NCBI GenBank assembly: GCA_964016885.1
Contig: OZ024743.1
Coordinates: 52,576,001 to 52,640,000 of the forward strand
Length of the DNA stretch: 64,000 nt
Source of the DNA: Eledone cirrhosa
Lineage: Eukaryota
Reading direction: 5' to 3'
Both the position numbers and the translations under genes were made by a program. The notes below the pieces were generated by a model, which worked only from the letters and a program-made list of their open reading frames with translations, did not search any database and had not been told where the DNA came from. Position 1 is the first letter of the stretch. The number at the start of each line of letters is the position of its first letter. Of this stretch, positions 1-11,484 are shown piece by piece.

Positions 1-189
1 TGGGCATACATTTCAAATTACTGTCGCCCCACCAATACCCACGTATAGTGAACTATTAATTAATTAACCCATGTTCTGCACATGCGCTATTATGCAAATT
101 AGACAAATCAGTTTAGCTCTGTCTGAGTTTAAATAACTTATGATAACAACTATAAACATGATATTATTTACAGTAACAATAATAATAAT

Positions 190-303
190 TGTTTCTACTT
201 TTGGCACAAGGCTAGCAATTACCCAGTACATTACTGGTACTTTATTTTATCGACCCCGTAAGGATGAAAGGCAAAGTTAACCTCAGCGGGATTTGAACAT
301 AAA
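190..303 (-). mobile_element. tRNA-derived SINE, 5'-truncated (same family as 10116-10300 and 44846-45030)
   Basis: Minus strand has a B-box-like GTTCAAATCC followed by ctttgcctttcatccttacggggtcgataaaataaagtaccagt, nearly identical to the other two copies. Confidence 0.8.
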
Positions 304-319
304 GGGACGTAATAATAAT

Positions 320-1345
320 GGGGGAGGGTGATTGGGTTAGGACAAGAAGTGCTGCGCCCCGCGGACAAGACGGCAACAGCATTCCCGCAGACGATGGCAA
401 ATGACACCCGCTGCAACAGCCACCCTACTTCGCGGGGCTCCTTCCTCAGACTGGCGCCAACGTTCCGATCTTGCGGAGGAGCTCGGCTGTACGGGGTCCA
501 AGTACGCCTGAGGTCTCTACGGCGACCGGTGCTAAGAGGAAGCGGCCGGACAAACCCCGGCATTTGTTTATTTTTACGTTCTTCTGCGAGGCGGGCTGCG
601 ATGCCGGGTTTTTGACCGAAGGAACTAAGTTGGAGGCGGAGAACGTGTCGCAGTAGGTGACGTCCCAGATGAGGGATCTACCTCCTTCGAATGGTAGGAG
701 GGTGATTCCGTTGGGGCGCTTGCCATCTCCGCGGTCTAGGCCTGCTGGCTCCAGTTGAAATGGAAAGCCAGCTGCGTCCAGGCTTCTTCTCAGTATGTCG
801 TTGAGAGCGGCGTGTCGAGGGAACCGACCTGCGCTCTGGCAGCAAGATAGAGGGTGCAGGCCGAACTTGTCAACAACCGCCCGGCAGCAGCATTTATGTG
901 GTTCACACACGCGGAGGCCAAGGCGTTGGGCTACTCCGATGCGAGTGCACTCATCATCAAGAAGGGTACCGGTTGATGAGGAGGGCACTGAATTGAGCCA
1001 CGCGCCGCTGTTGGACCAAGCCAGACTCGATCCCCCTGACAGAAGATCTGCAATTGATGTCGTCCCAGTTACGTTGGACCATAGTATACTGGGGGATAGA
1101 GAGATTCGCCTGTCCAGTAGGCCATAGCCTGTTCCATCTCTGGGGCCAGGTCAGGTTCGGCCGTCTGGCTGAGAGCCTCGCTGACACGAGCGCGACAGGT
1201 GTTAGAGGAGAGGTAGGCAGGTAAAGCTAGATCGAAAGCCGAGCCACGGAACCTCGCTGAGAGTGTCGCCCGTTGGCAGCCTGGGCTGTCGAAACTGACA
1301 TTGCAGATCCGCACAGCACAGGACACGAAACTAGTCAGATTGTTC
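320..1345 (-). mobile_element. Decayed CRE-clade-like non-LTR retrotransposon 3' part (zinc knuckle plus restriction-like endonuclease)
   Basis: ORFs 1069-1401 (QRATLS..LALPAYLSS) and 446-988 (C-x-C..VDKFGLHPLSC, GRFPRH..LND, LEPAGLDRGDGKRPNG, LIWDVTYCDT, PVAVETSG) match the C-terminus of RLE-type non-LTR elements; frameshifted. Confidence 0.85.
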
Positions 1346-1514
1346 CCGCTGTTTCTGTCTGTCAACAGAGACAGATACATGCATGTGTATATATTCAACA
1401 CACATTTATGTATATATATATATATATATATATATACAAACGTGTGTATTCACATAAGTATATAAAAATGTGTGCTACATATTGAGTCTGTCCGTTCGTC
1501 TTTCTCCCGCTTCT

Positions 1515-1551
<37 letters not shown>

Positions 1552-1769
1552 CAGAGAGAAAGAGAGGGAAAGAATTACTTGTTTTTCAGAGGTTGTATGT
1601 GTGTGTGTATGTATGTGTGTGTGTATGTATTTGTGTGTATGTGTATGTATGTGTGTGTGTGTATGTATGTGTGTGTGTACTTACACGTCACGGTGAGCAA
1701 CGCCTTGAGAAATGAAAACGTCTGGCCGACACAGTTTTGCAGTGTGTAGGGGTGGGGCTCTTCAGTGAG

Positions 1770-2402
1770 CCTCCTCCACCACCACCACCACTCTTACAAC
1801 TTGCCCCTCCATGTTCATTAACACCACCACCGTCAACAATAATAGCACCTCCGCCAAATCTCATACTTGCCCTCTCCATCCTCATTAACACCACCACCAC
1901 CATCCTCTCACCACCATTTTTAAATCTTACAGTTGCCGCCTCCATCCTCGTTAACACCACCACCGCCTCTATCACCACTACCACCACCACCACCACCACC
2001 ACCACCACCACTTATCTACCTCTTTACCAGTCAGATTCTTATCCCCAAATGTTTCTCACACCAGCATCACCACCACCACACCCCACTACCTTTACCATCA
2101 TACCACTCTCAGCCCCACTACCACCACCACCACCTTCAACATCATTACATCTTCACACCACCATCATCATCATCACCACTACCACTGTAATCGCCATCAC
2201 CACCACCATTACCACAATCATCAATGGTAGACTGTGATATAGTGGTGATGGTGGTGATGATGGCGGTGGTGGTAGCGATGATGGTGAGGATGATGATGGT
2301 GGTGGTGATGGTGATGATGGTGGCGATGATGATGATGATGGTGGTGGTGGCGATGATGATGGTGGTAGTAGTGATGGTGATGATGATGGTGGTGGTGGTA
2401 GT
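1770..2402. repeat. Degenerate (CAC/CAT)n tract followed by a (GGT/GAT)n tract of opposite polarity
   Basis: Trinucleotide low complexity that switches strand near 2230; source of the spurious poly-T/P/V/H ORFs. Confidence 0.85.
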
Positions 2403-2533
2403 TTTGGCAGTTGTTTTTGTTTTTAGCGGAGAGGGGATAGTAGTGGACCTCTTCCTGGAACCGACTGATGTTAACATGACAGAGATTCTGTCCATAGTTC
2501 CAGAACAACGGAGAAAATGTCACACGTTAGACT

Positions 2534-3200
2534 CTGGTTAAGGAGTTCAGCCCGTAACAACATAGTTTGGGGTTCTGTCGTACTGTCTACCATATAGATG
2601 ACTTCAACAATGTAGCCTCAAGTTAGCCAATGGCTTCTGAGTGAAATATAGTTGGCAGAAAGTGTGTGGAAGCCCATCGTATGTATGTGTGTACAGTGTC
2701 GGATTTAGGACAGATGAGGTCTTCTGCTAGTTAAGTTATGAGGCCCTGTATAGTTTAGTTATGAGGCTCTGTGCTAGTTTAGTTATGAGGCCCTGTACTA
2801 GTTAAGTTATGAGGACCTGTGTTAGTTAAGTTATGAGGGCTTGTGTTAGTTAAGTTATGAGGGCCTGTGTTAGTTAAGTTTTGAGGGCCTGTGTTAGTTA
2901 AGTTTTGAGGGCCTGTGTTAGTTAAGTTTTGAGGGCCTGTGTTAGTTAAGTAACTGTGTTAGTTAAGTAACTTTTGGCAGGAAGATTGGCCTCCCTGGCA
3001 AGATTAGCACACCTAGCAACATGGTAAATACGGTACTGTGTGTGAGCTTGCTATGTCTCATAACTTAGCGGTTCAACAAAAAGAGATCGATAAAATAAAT
3101 ACCAAATTTGAAAAGAATGAAGCAATGGGTTCGATACGATCGACTAAACCTTTTTGAAAGCGGTGTCCTAGCATCGCCGCCGTTAATGACAAACTAGTTA
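2534..3200 (+). mobile_element. Decayed tRNA-derived SINE interrupted by a MITE
   Basis: Head (ggttaaggagttc..ggttctgtc) and ggaagcccatcgtatgtatgtg resemble 36865-37165; SINE-like body resumes at ~3040 (aacttagcggttc..gataaaataaatacc). Confidence 0.5.
2694..3038. mobile_element. MITE (hAT-like) containing a ~23-bp tandem array
   Basis: Imperfect TIRs cagtgtcggattta / taaatacggtactg; flanks tgtgtgta and tgtgtgag (possible degenerate 8-bp TSD); internal (tgtgttagttaagttatgagggcc)n at 2725-2970. Confidence 0.6.
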
Positions 3201-3999
3201 AAAGAATGTAAAGCAATCAAGCTGATCATTTGAGCTCAACTCCACACACACACTTTATAAAAAGTATGCTCTACTTTGAGCTGAGCTCGGGTTAAACAGC
3301 AGCATCGCCACAAACAATCGCTACTTCGTTTATCGATCCAGGAGTAATGAGTGTGAGAGGTGGGAGACACAATAATAAAGTTTGCTACCTCTAGATTTGA
3401 ATTCAGAACCTAAGGATGACAAATTCGTTCTCTACCGCTCATTAAATCAACTATAAGACCCACTGACCTAGTGACCCTCACAAAACTGACTTTTCTTTTC
3501 TCCTACCCTCCTCTGTGCTACCTCTCGGACTTTCTTCCTATCTATTCTCAACATGAGACATGCTGAAATATAATGGCAGAAAAAAAATGTCACATTTTTG
3601 GGTCCGAAAAAAAGTCGTACTTATGGCCAGGAAAAAATGTATTTTTTACTAAGAAAAGTAATCACAGGAAAAACCATGGAATTTCGAGTTTTTCAGTATT
3701 TTTAAAAAATTATTTTTTCTATATTTTTATGGCATTTAAATGTGACTTTTTCTCCTCTGTGACTTTTATGGTGACATATCCGAGATTCAAATTCACTCTC
3801 ATTTTCCAGGCCCTGTTAACTGAATGGTGTACCACCACCACCTTTACGTGTGTGGGTGGGTGGGGGTCTTAATTTCATTTTAGGAGTTTATGGAATGAAT
3901 AAGGAGTTAATTAACTTTTAAAAAAATTAGTTTGCCCCAGACTCGGCTAGTTTCATTGGGGTGAAGCGACTTAAACTACACAACTCTCCTCCTCCCCCG

Positions 4000-4215
4000 T
4001 ACGAGACGCCATTCCATCACAAGTTTAACCGCCAGTTGGTACCCCTTTCAGCTGACATAGGGTCGCTAAAATTTAATTATACAGCGATAATCAAAAGTGT
4101 AATTTTCACTTCATGATCGTAAATCGAAAAATGAAGTGTCTTGCTGAAGGACACAATGCAGCGCCTGGTCCGAGAATCGAAACCGCAACGTTATGACCAC
4201 AAACTCAGCACCCTA
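4000..4215 (-). mobile_element. tRNA-derived SINE, diverged
   Basis: Minus strand B-box ggtttcgattctcgg followed by tgtgtccttcagcaagacacttcattt, shared with the 4840-5070 family. Confidence 0.6.
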
Positions 4216-4378
4216 ACAACTAATCCACCTGCAGTAATATGACTTTCTTAGGAAGGTACTGACGACTAGATCACATACACATGTGTAAGTCTGTAACACT
4301 GATGCCTTTCTGTCAAGTGAAAAGGAAGTGAAAGAACTCACCGTGTGATGTGGGGATTGAAACCAGTTCAGGACGGTA

Positions 4379-4530
4379 GATTGGCAGAAATGGCGCCGAA
4401 TAGTCAGAGTTGTTAGAGCGTAGGACAAAACTATCTTGTAATTTATTTAAGCTTCCTGCACTGAGTTCAAATCCCACCGACATCAACTTTGTCTTTTATC
4501 GTCTCCTCCGACAAAATAAAGTAGCAACCG
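4379..4530 (+). mobile_element. tRNA-derived SINE, diverged
   Basis: ttggcagaa head, gagttcaaatccc B-box and caactttgtcttttatc body, as in the 10116-10300 family. Confidence 0.6.
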
Positions 4531-4839
4531 AAGTGTGGTGGTGGAATTGGAGCGCAAATTACGGTGTGTTCTACTTGGGTGGTAGACTTAATTCTTCATC
4601 CTGCATAATACTGCTGACAGCCTTGGGTGCTCTCAGAGGAGTCCACTTTGTAGCAAGAATTCAGTCCAGGTGTCCGGTTTAATGAAACACATCCTCCCTC
4701 CGTCTCAGAGGCCATGATAGGGTGATAGACACTTCCCCTCCTTACACCCCATAGACCAAACAGTAAAAGACATTAAGCCTTCTCTACTGACCAAGTCTGT
4801 CCCATGCCGCTTATCAGGCGGGAGCTTATCCGGGTTTCA

Positions 4840-5070
4840 TTTATCTTAAATGACTGAGGGTAGATTTCCCCCTGGACAGGACACCAGTCCATCGCAGGGT
4901 TAATTCCCAGCTGTTGGTGTTTCTGAAACTCCTTTTCAGCTGAGTTGACTGGAACAACGTGAAATGAAATGTTTTGCTCAAGAACACAACCTGTCGCCTC
5001 GTCCGAGAATCGAACCCACGGCTATATGATCGTGAAGCTAACACCATAAACATTAATCTGCGCACCTTCT
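4840..5070 (-). mobile_element. tRNA-derived SINE with conserved central domain
   Basis: B-box gggttcgattctc, body tgtgttcttgagcaaaacatttcatttcac, then accctgcgatggactggtgtcctgtccagggg; plus-strand relative at 43676-43930. Confidence 0.75.
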
Positions 5071-5159
5071 GAAAAAAAAATATATAAAAAAATTTCTTTG
5101 GGGGTCGAATTTAAGAGTGAGACTAAATACTATATATGGATATGAGGGGCACATATAAG

Positions 5160-5632
5160 GAGACGGTTGCTAGAAATAGCAGCTAAATCATTCGTATATC
5201 CCACTCTGGACATCGTTAGCAAAGGGCACACATTAGCTAATGTAGTCATTGATGCTCTTAAAAAGCCAGACTAGACAGGGTAGTCACGGCTGGAATGTCC
5301 TTGATCTAGTTTGCTGTATCAGGGCTGACCTGGGTCTAAACAGCAACAACAGAAAGTCAACGAAGGCATCTCTTTATATGTGGTCACTCAACCCGCTAGA
5401 AATAGCAGCCAAATTTCTTTGAAATAGCACCCATTAAAAAAAAAAAAACATTAAAAAATATATTCCTAGATCACTTTAAAAGACGTGATAGTCACGACTG
5501 GAATGAACCCATTAAATCACAATCACAGGATTGGGCGGTTGATTTGGGGGAAAAGTTAAACAAGAAAACGAAAACAACAAAATCGGGCGAACTTCTATAT
5601 CTACTAGAAATAGCAGCTAAATCTCTCTTTAA
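5160..5632 (+). repeat. Three diverged ~200-230-bp units sharing ctagaaatagcagcYaaat
   Basis: Motif at ~5170, ~5397 and ~5604; gtcacgRctggaatg in the first two units; related motif at ~58117. Confidence 0.6.
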
Positions 5633-5684
5633 AATAAGCGAAATGAAATAAAGGAAAATGAATGAAATAGGATGAGTTACTTAC

Positions 5685-5982
5685 GCCGGCACACATGGGT
5701 GTAATCCGTACAACAGTCATTCAACTGGGAACATCCTTCATCACAGAAACATCGACGTTGAGGTTTCGACATAACATCGGCGCTTTCATCGAATGTATCA
5801 TTTTCTTGTGAAATTGTAATGTTGGCAGCATTCCTCGGTTCTCCGTATGTCCAACATGTATTGTCCCGTCCTGTACAGCAGAGGTTCTGCTTCTGGCAGC
5901 TGCATTCCACAAAATCCACCAGGTATCCAGCTCCACAGAGCACCACGAGAAGAAAAACCAAAGATTTTGTCGGCCTCATCAT
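5685..5982 (-). CDS. SBSPON: First coding exon of a somatomedin-B and thrombospondin type-1 domain-containing protein (SBSPON/RPE-spondin-like); downstream exons not found in the window
   Basis: aaaaacATG start, hydrophobic signal peptide, SC-x4-CCTGRDNTC...CFCDEGCSQLNDCCTDYTHVC cysteine pattern typical of the SBSPON SMB domain; phase-1 donor GTAAGT at 5684-5679 right after the domain. Confidence 0.85.
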
Positions 5983-7439
5983 GTTTTTATTTTTTTATTT
6001 TGTAAAACTAAACTTTCCACCGACCACACACAACTTTGTTTTATTACTTTCAATGATGTGCCTTTATATACGTGTATATATGTATATATATATAGAGAGA
6101 GAGTGAGAAAGAGGAGGGTAGGAAAATGGTAAATTTTATATATATGTATAAATTGCTTTAGATATGTTTGTGTATGTGTGTATAAATTTAGGGAGCTTGT
6201 TAAAAGGCCTTTTAAAACCTTTTTTCTCGGGTAAACATCGCAAGCAAAATAAAATTTGAAAATGAACAAAGAAATAATTGACTTTGGTTAATCCGTGAAA
6301 AACAAAACAAAAACAACGTGTGTATATATATATTTATGTGTGTATATATATATTTATGTATATATATATTTATGTGTGTATATATATATATATATTTATG
6401 CGTGTATTATCTGTATTCCTTGAACCTCGGTGTTCTTCGATCAAATAAAATCCACCTTAGTATATATAATATTTATATATTTATATCTGTATGAACTTAT
6501 GTGAAATGATGAGAAATGTAATCCAATTGGTGTTTTCTGCGGAGCCAGGAACAATTCGCCTAAGAAATAAAGGGGAGCCTTTTTAAAGAAAAGTTTTAAA
6601 AATTGCTCAACACGAGGAAATTCTTGACTGGAGAAATATATTTCTTCTCATTCAATTGTTTTATTTAAAGTGTTTCGTATCCCTAATTTTATTGTAGGGT
6701 CCTTAAACTCCCTCTTTGTGTGTGTCTACGAGCTACTTTATAGATGTTAGTGCCCTTTCTTCTCTCAGTAGCTGTTATAATGGTGAGGCTGTTTTGTTTG
6801 AACAGTTCTACTAGCAAACTCCTTCACACAGCAAATGAGAGAGGCTGCCGCCGTGAGAGACAAATAGATGGAGAGAGAGAAAGTGGAGAAGGAGGAACAT
6901 AGAGAGAGGAGCAGGAGGAGGTGGTGTACACTTGTATGTATGCGAGTGTGTTTGTTATGTGTCTGAGTGTGCATGTTCGTGCTTGTGTGTGCGTATGTGT
7001 GTGTACGTGCTGGAGTATATGTTGTATGTGTGTGTGTACGTGCTGGAGTCTATGTTGTGTGTGTGTGTGTACGTGCTGGAGCCTATGTTGTGTGTGTGTG
7101 TACGTGCTGGAGTCTATGTTGTGTGTTGTGTACGTGCTGGAGTGTATGTTGTGTGTGCATGTACGTGCGTGTCTGCGTGTGTTTGTGTATACGAATGCGT
7201 GTCTGTGTGTGTTATGCACCTGTGTGTAGGTGTGAGTGTGTGTTTACGTGTTACATATATCTGTACGACAGCACGTCTGGCTGCTACTTCTCTCAACACT
7301 TCTTTTACTCTTTCTTATTTCTTAACATGCAATATAGTCTATTCAAGGTTGTAAACCCCCCTCTCTCTCTCACTCCCCCCTCTCTCTCTCTTACACAGAC
7401 ACAAACAGGTATATAAATATACATATCCTCATTAACGAA

Positions 7440-8092
7440 CACAGACACACACACTCGCACGCACACAATCACACACTAACAGAAACACACACAGTCACAC
7501 ACTAACAGAAACACACATTAACACATACATTAACACACACATATATTAACACACACATATACATTAACACACACACATTAACACAGACATATACATTAAC
7601 ACACACATATATATTAACACACACATACATATATATATTAACACACACACATATATATATATTAACACACGCACACATATATATATATTAACACACACAT
7701 ATATATATATTAACACACACATACACATATATATAAACACACATAAACATATATATACATTAACTCACACACACATATATATTAACACACACACACATAT
7801 ATATATTAACACACAGACATACATTAACACACACACATATATATATATATTAACACACACACATATATATATTAACGCACACACATTAACACAGACATAC
7901 ATTAACACACACACACACATAAATATATTAACACACACACATATATATTAACACACATACACATATATATATATATATTAACACACACACATATATATTA
8001 ACACACACACACACACATATATATATATTAACACACACACACACATACATACATTAACACACACACACACACACACATATACATGTTAACAC
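7440..8092. repeat. Compound microsatellite (attaac(ac)n(at)n)n
   Basis: Repeated attaacacacac units with variable AC/AT lengths. Confidence 0.85.
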
Positions 8093-8372
8093 ATGCTTTA
8101 AATATCTGACATTGAAGAAGAGGAAATAAGGAAGTAAAAAAGAGGAAATGAGACAAGAGTGGGGAGTGGTGGGAAGAGGAGAAGAGAGAGAGGGGTGAAT
8201 GGTGGGAAGAGGAGAAGAGAGAGAGGGGTGAGTGGTGGAAAGAGGAGAAGACAAGAGGGATGAGAGATGAAAGAAGAGAGGTGGGGAAAGAAGAGAGAAT
8301 GAGGGATGAGAAGATGAGGGATGAGAAGATGGTCTTGCCATATGTGTTTAGTTCGTAAGAATTGCAGTATTC

Positions 8373-8413
8373 TCATTGGTCAAGACGAAGATATCGACGG
8401 CTTTTGATTGGTC
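8373..8413 (-). promoter_or_regulatory. Pair of NF-Y-type CCAAT boxes 32 bp apart, candidate upstream regulatory element of the SBSPON-like gene
   Basis: Minus strand GACCAATGA (ATTGG 8375-8379) and GACCAATCA (ATTGG 8407-8411) in a short unique island between purine-rich tracts. Confidence 0.4.
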
Positions 8414-8760
8414 GGAATTGTCAGCTTCGTGATAGATAGAAATAATAAAAAAAATTATCGATTCAAAATTTCATATTGAGCTGTATATATTTACAGAGAG
8501 AGGGGAGGGGAGAGAGGGGGGATTGAGGGAGAGGGGGGAGTGGAGAGAGAGAGAGGGGAGAGAGATAGGAGGGAGAGGGAGGGAGAGAGAGAGAGAGAGG
8601 GGTGATATACTACAGCCTTCGCTGGACAATCTCAGTGGACATGATAAAGTAGACAAAGGTAGAGACTACGTCAGCCATTCCACCTGGAGTCCTGTGATGG
8701 GTGAGAGATGTCCTCGTCTCGAGTAGCGGAGAAAAAGGTCAGTTTGGGTGCTGAGGACAC

Positions 8761-8761
8761 T

Positions 8762-8792
<31 letters not shown>

Positions 8793-9102
8793 ACAATAAC
8801 AACAACTGCAACAACTACAACAACAATAACAACAACAGCAACAACAACAACAACAACAACAACAGCAGCAGCAACAACAACAACTACAACAACAGCAACA
8901 ACAACAACAACTACAACTACAACAACAACAGCAACAACAACAACAACTACAACTACAACAACAGCAGCAACAACAACAACAACAACTACAACAACAGCAA
9001 CAACAACAACAACAGCAACTACAACAACAACTACAACAATAACAACAGCAGCAACAACAACAACAACAACAGCAACAGCAACAACAACAACAACAGCAAC
9101 AA
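8761..9102 (+). repeat. (AAC)n microsatellite with AGC/TAC variants
   Basis: Direct inspection. Confidence 0.95.
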
Positions 9103-9790
9103 TGTTTTCTTACGTAGACACAATGCTAAACATTTTTGGAGGAGAGGAGAATCAATGATATCGATTACAGAGTCGATTGGTTCTTTATTTTATCAACTTC
9201 GGGAAGATGAGGGACAAACTTAACCTCGGCAGGGCTTGAACTCAGAACGTAGCGTCCCGTAACAAAATACTACAAAACATTTCGTCCGACGCTCTACCGA
9301 TCCTGACAATACCTCGTCCTTACAATAATTGGAAGTCACTGCTTCCCTTACCGAACGGAATAAAATTCGTAAATACCTGGATTTATCCAGGTATTTACGT
9401 TTTCTAGCCTGTGTCGTGATGTTTGTTAGAGTTGGGCAGCTGACAGTGAAGTTCTTGTCTTCGGTGACGACTCACCTTACTGAGGTGTCAGGTGATGCCC
9501 GTGAGGGTACCTGGTTATTTCAGCACCTCAACCTCACCTAACTGAGGTGTCAGGTAAGAGTACCTGGTTGTTTCAGTGCCTTAGCCTTACCACCATCCGT
9601 GGTAATGCTGCGAGTGTGTTGGCTTGCCTCAAAGTGTTTAGTTAACCCTTATGATGTCATGTGAGGCCGATTGTCACACTTGCTGGAGATTTGCCCCCCG
9701 CCCTACACACACACACACACACTTTCCTCTTCTTTTTTTATGTTTTTTTTCATCTCAATTTTATGAGTTTATATTTGTTTACCAACGACA

Positions 9791-10307
9791 TTATATTTGG
9801 TGGATTGGCAGTATCGGTAGAGGGTCTGACACCATGTTAGGGTGGTGAATTGGCAGTATCGGTAGAGGGTCTGACACCATGTAAGGGTGGTGGATTGGCA
9901 GTGTCAGTAGAGGGTCTGACACCATGCTAGGGTGGTGGATTGGCAGTATCGGTAGAGGGTCTGACACCATGCTAGGGTGGTGGATTGGCAGTATCGGTAG
10001 AGGGTCTGACACCATGCTAGGGTGGTGGATTGGCAGTATCGGTAGAGGGTCTGGCACCATGCTAGGGTGGTGAATTGGCAGTATCGGTAGAGGGTCTGGC
10101 ACCATGCTAGGGTGGTGGATTGGCAGTATCGGTAGAGGGTCTGACACCATGCTTTGCAGCATAGAATTACGGCCCTTTATGGTCTGAGTTCAAATTCCGC
10201 CCAGGTTATCTTTGCCTTTCATCCTTACGGGGTCGATAAAATAAAGTACCAGTAATACACTGCGATAATTGCTGGCCTTGTGCCAAAAGTAGAAACAATT
10301 ATATTTG
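9791..10307 (+). mobile_element. tRNA-derived SINE whose 45-bp head is tandemly amplified 8 times; 15-bp TSD
   Basis: Unit tggattggcagtatcggtagagggtctgacaccatgctagggtgg at 9801, 9846 ... 10116; single B-box gagttcaaattcc at ~10187; tgtttaccaacgaca at 9776-9790 and 10308-10322. Confidence 0.9.
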
Positions 10308-10599
10308 TGTTTACCAACGACACATTTGTAATGCTCTTCTGAACGAACTGCGAGCAATTTATCTTATTTACGTATTTGTAATGTCATTTGTATTAAACCG
10401 TATGGTGTGAATAAAATCTATGAGGACAACAGTAACAACAACAACTAGAAGCCCAACAACATCACCATCATCAGTAACAATATCACCATCATCAGTAACA
10501 TCATCACCATCATCAGTAACCACAACAACCATCTCTACTCGATGTTCTCCCAGATTCGCCAACAAAACTAGATTCTCTATTACATACACCGTCCTTAAC

Positions 10600-11440
10600 C
10601 ACCACCATACCATCTCTCTCCACCAACACCACCACCATACCATTTGACTCCACTTCTCTCTCCACCAACACCACCACCATACCATTTGACTCCACTTCTC
10701 TCTCCCCCAACACCACCACCATAGCATTTGACTCCACATCTCTCTCCACCAACACCACCACCATACCATTTGACTCCACTTCTCTCTCCACCAACACCAC
10801 CACCATACCATTTGACTCCACTTTTCTCTCCACCAACACCACCACCATACCATTTGACTCCATATCTCTCTCCACCACCACCATACCATTTGACTCCACT
10901 TCTCTCTCCACCAACACCACCACCATACCATTTGACTCCACTTCTCTCTCTACCAACACCACCACCATACCATTTGACTCCACTTCTCTCTCCCCCAACA
11001 CCACCACCATAGCATTTGACTCCACATCTCTCTCCACCAACACCACCACCATACCATTTGACTCCACTTCTCTCTCCACCAACACCACCACCATACCATT
11101 TGACTCCACTTTTCTCTCCACCAACACCACCACCATACCATTTGACTCCATATCTCTCTCCACCACCACCATACCATTTGACTCCACTTCTCTCTCCACC
11201 AACACCACCACCATACCATTTGACTCCACTTCTCTCTCCACCAACACCACCACCATACCATTTGACTCCATATCTCTCTCCACCACCACCATACCATTTG
11301 ACTCCACTTCTCTCTCCACCACCACCACCACCATACCATTTGACTCCACTTCTCTCTCCACCACCACCATACCATTTAACTCCACTTCTCTCTCCACCAA
11401 CGACACCACCATACCATTTGGCCCCATTTCTCTCTCCACC
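10600..11440. repeat. 42/36-bp minisatellite with a 288-bp higher-order repeat
   Basis: Unit caccaccataccatttgactccacttctctctccaccaacac; the same variant series recurs at 10728 and 11016. Confidence 0.9.
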
Positions 11441-11484
11441 ATCATACTATCATACCATTCCTCTCCCCACACTAAATACACTCC

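Noticed and set aside
8708-9223. Poly-Asn or poly-Thr protein
   Set aside because: (AAC)n microsatellite running into SINE-like sequence
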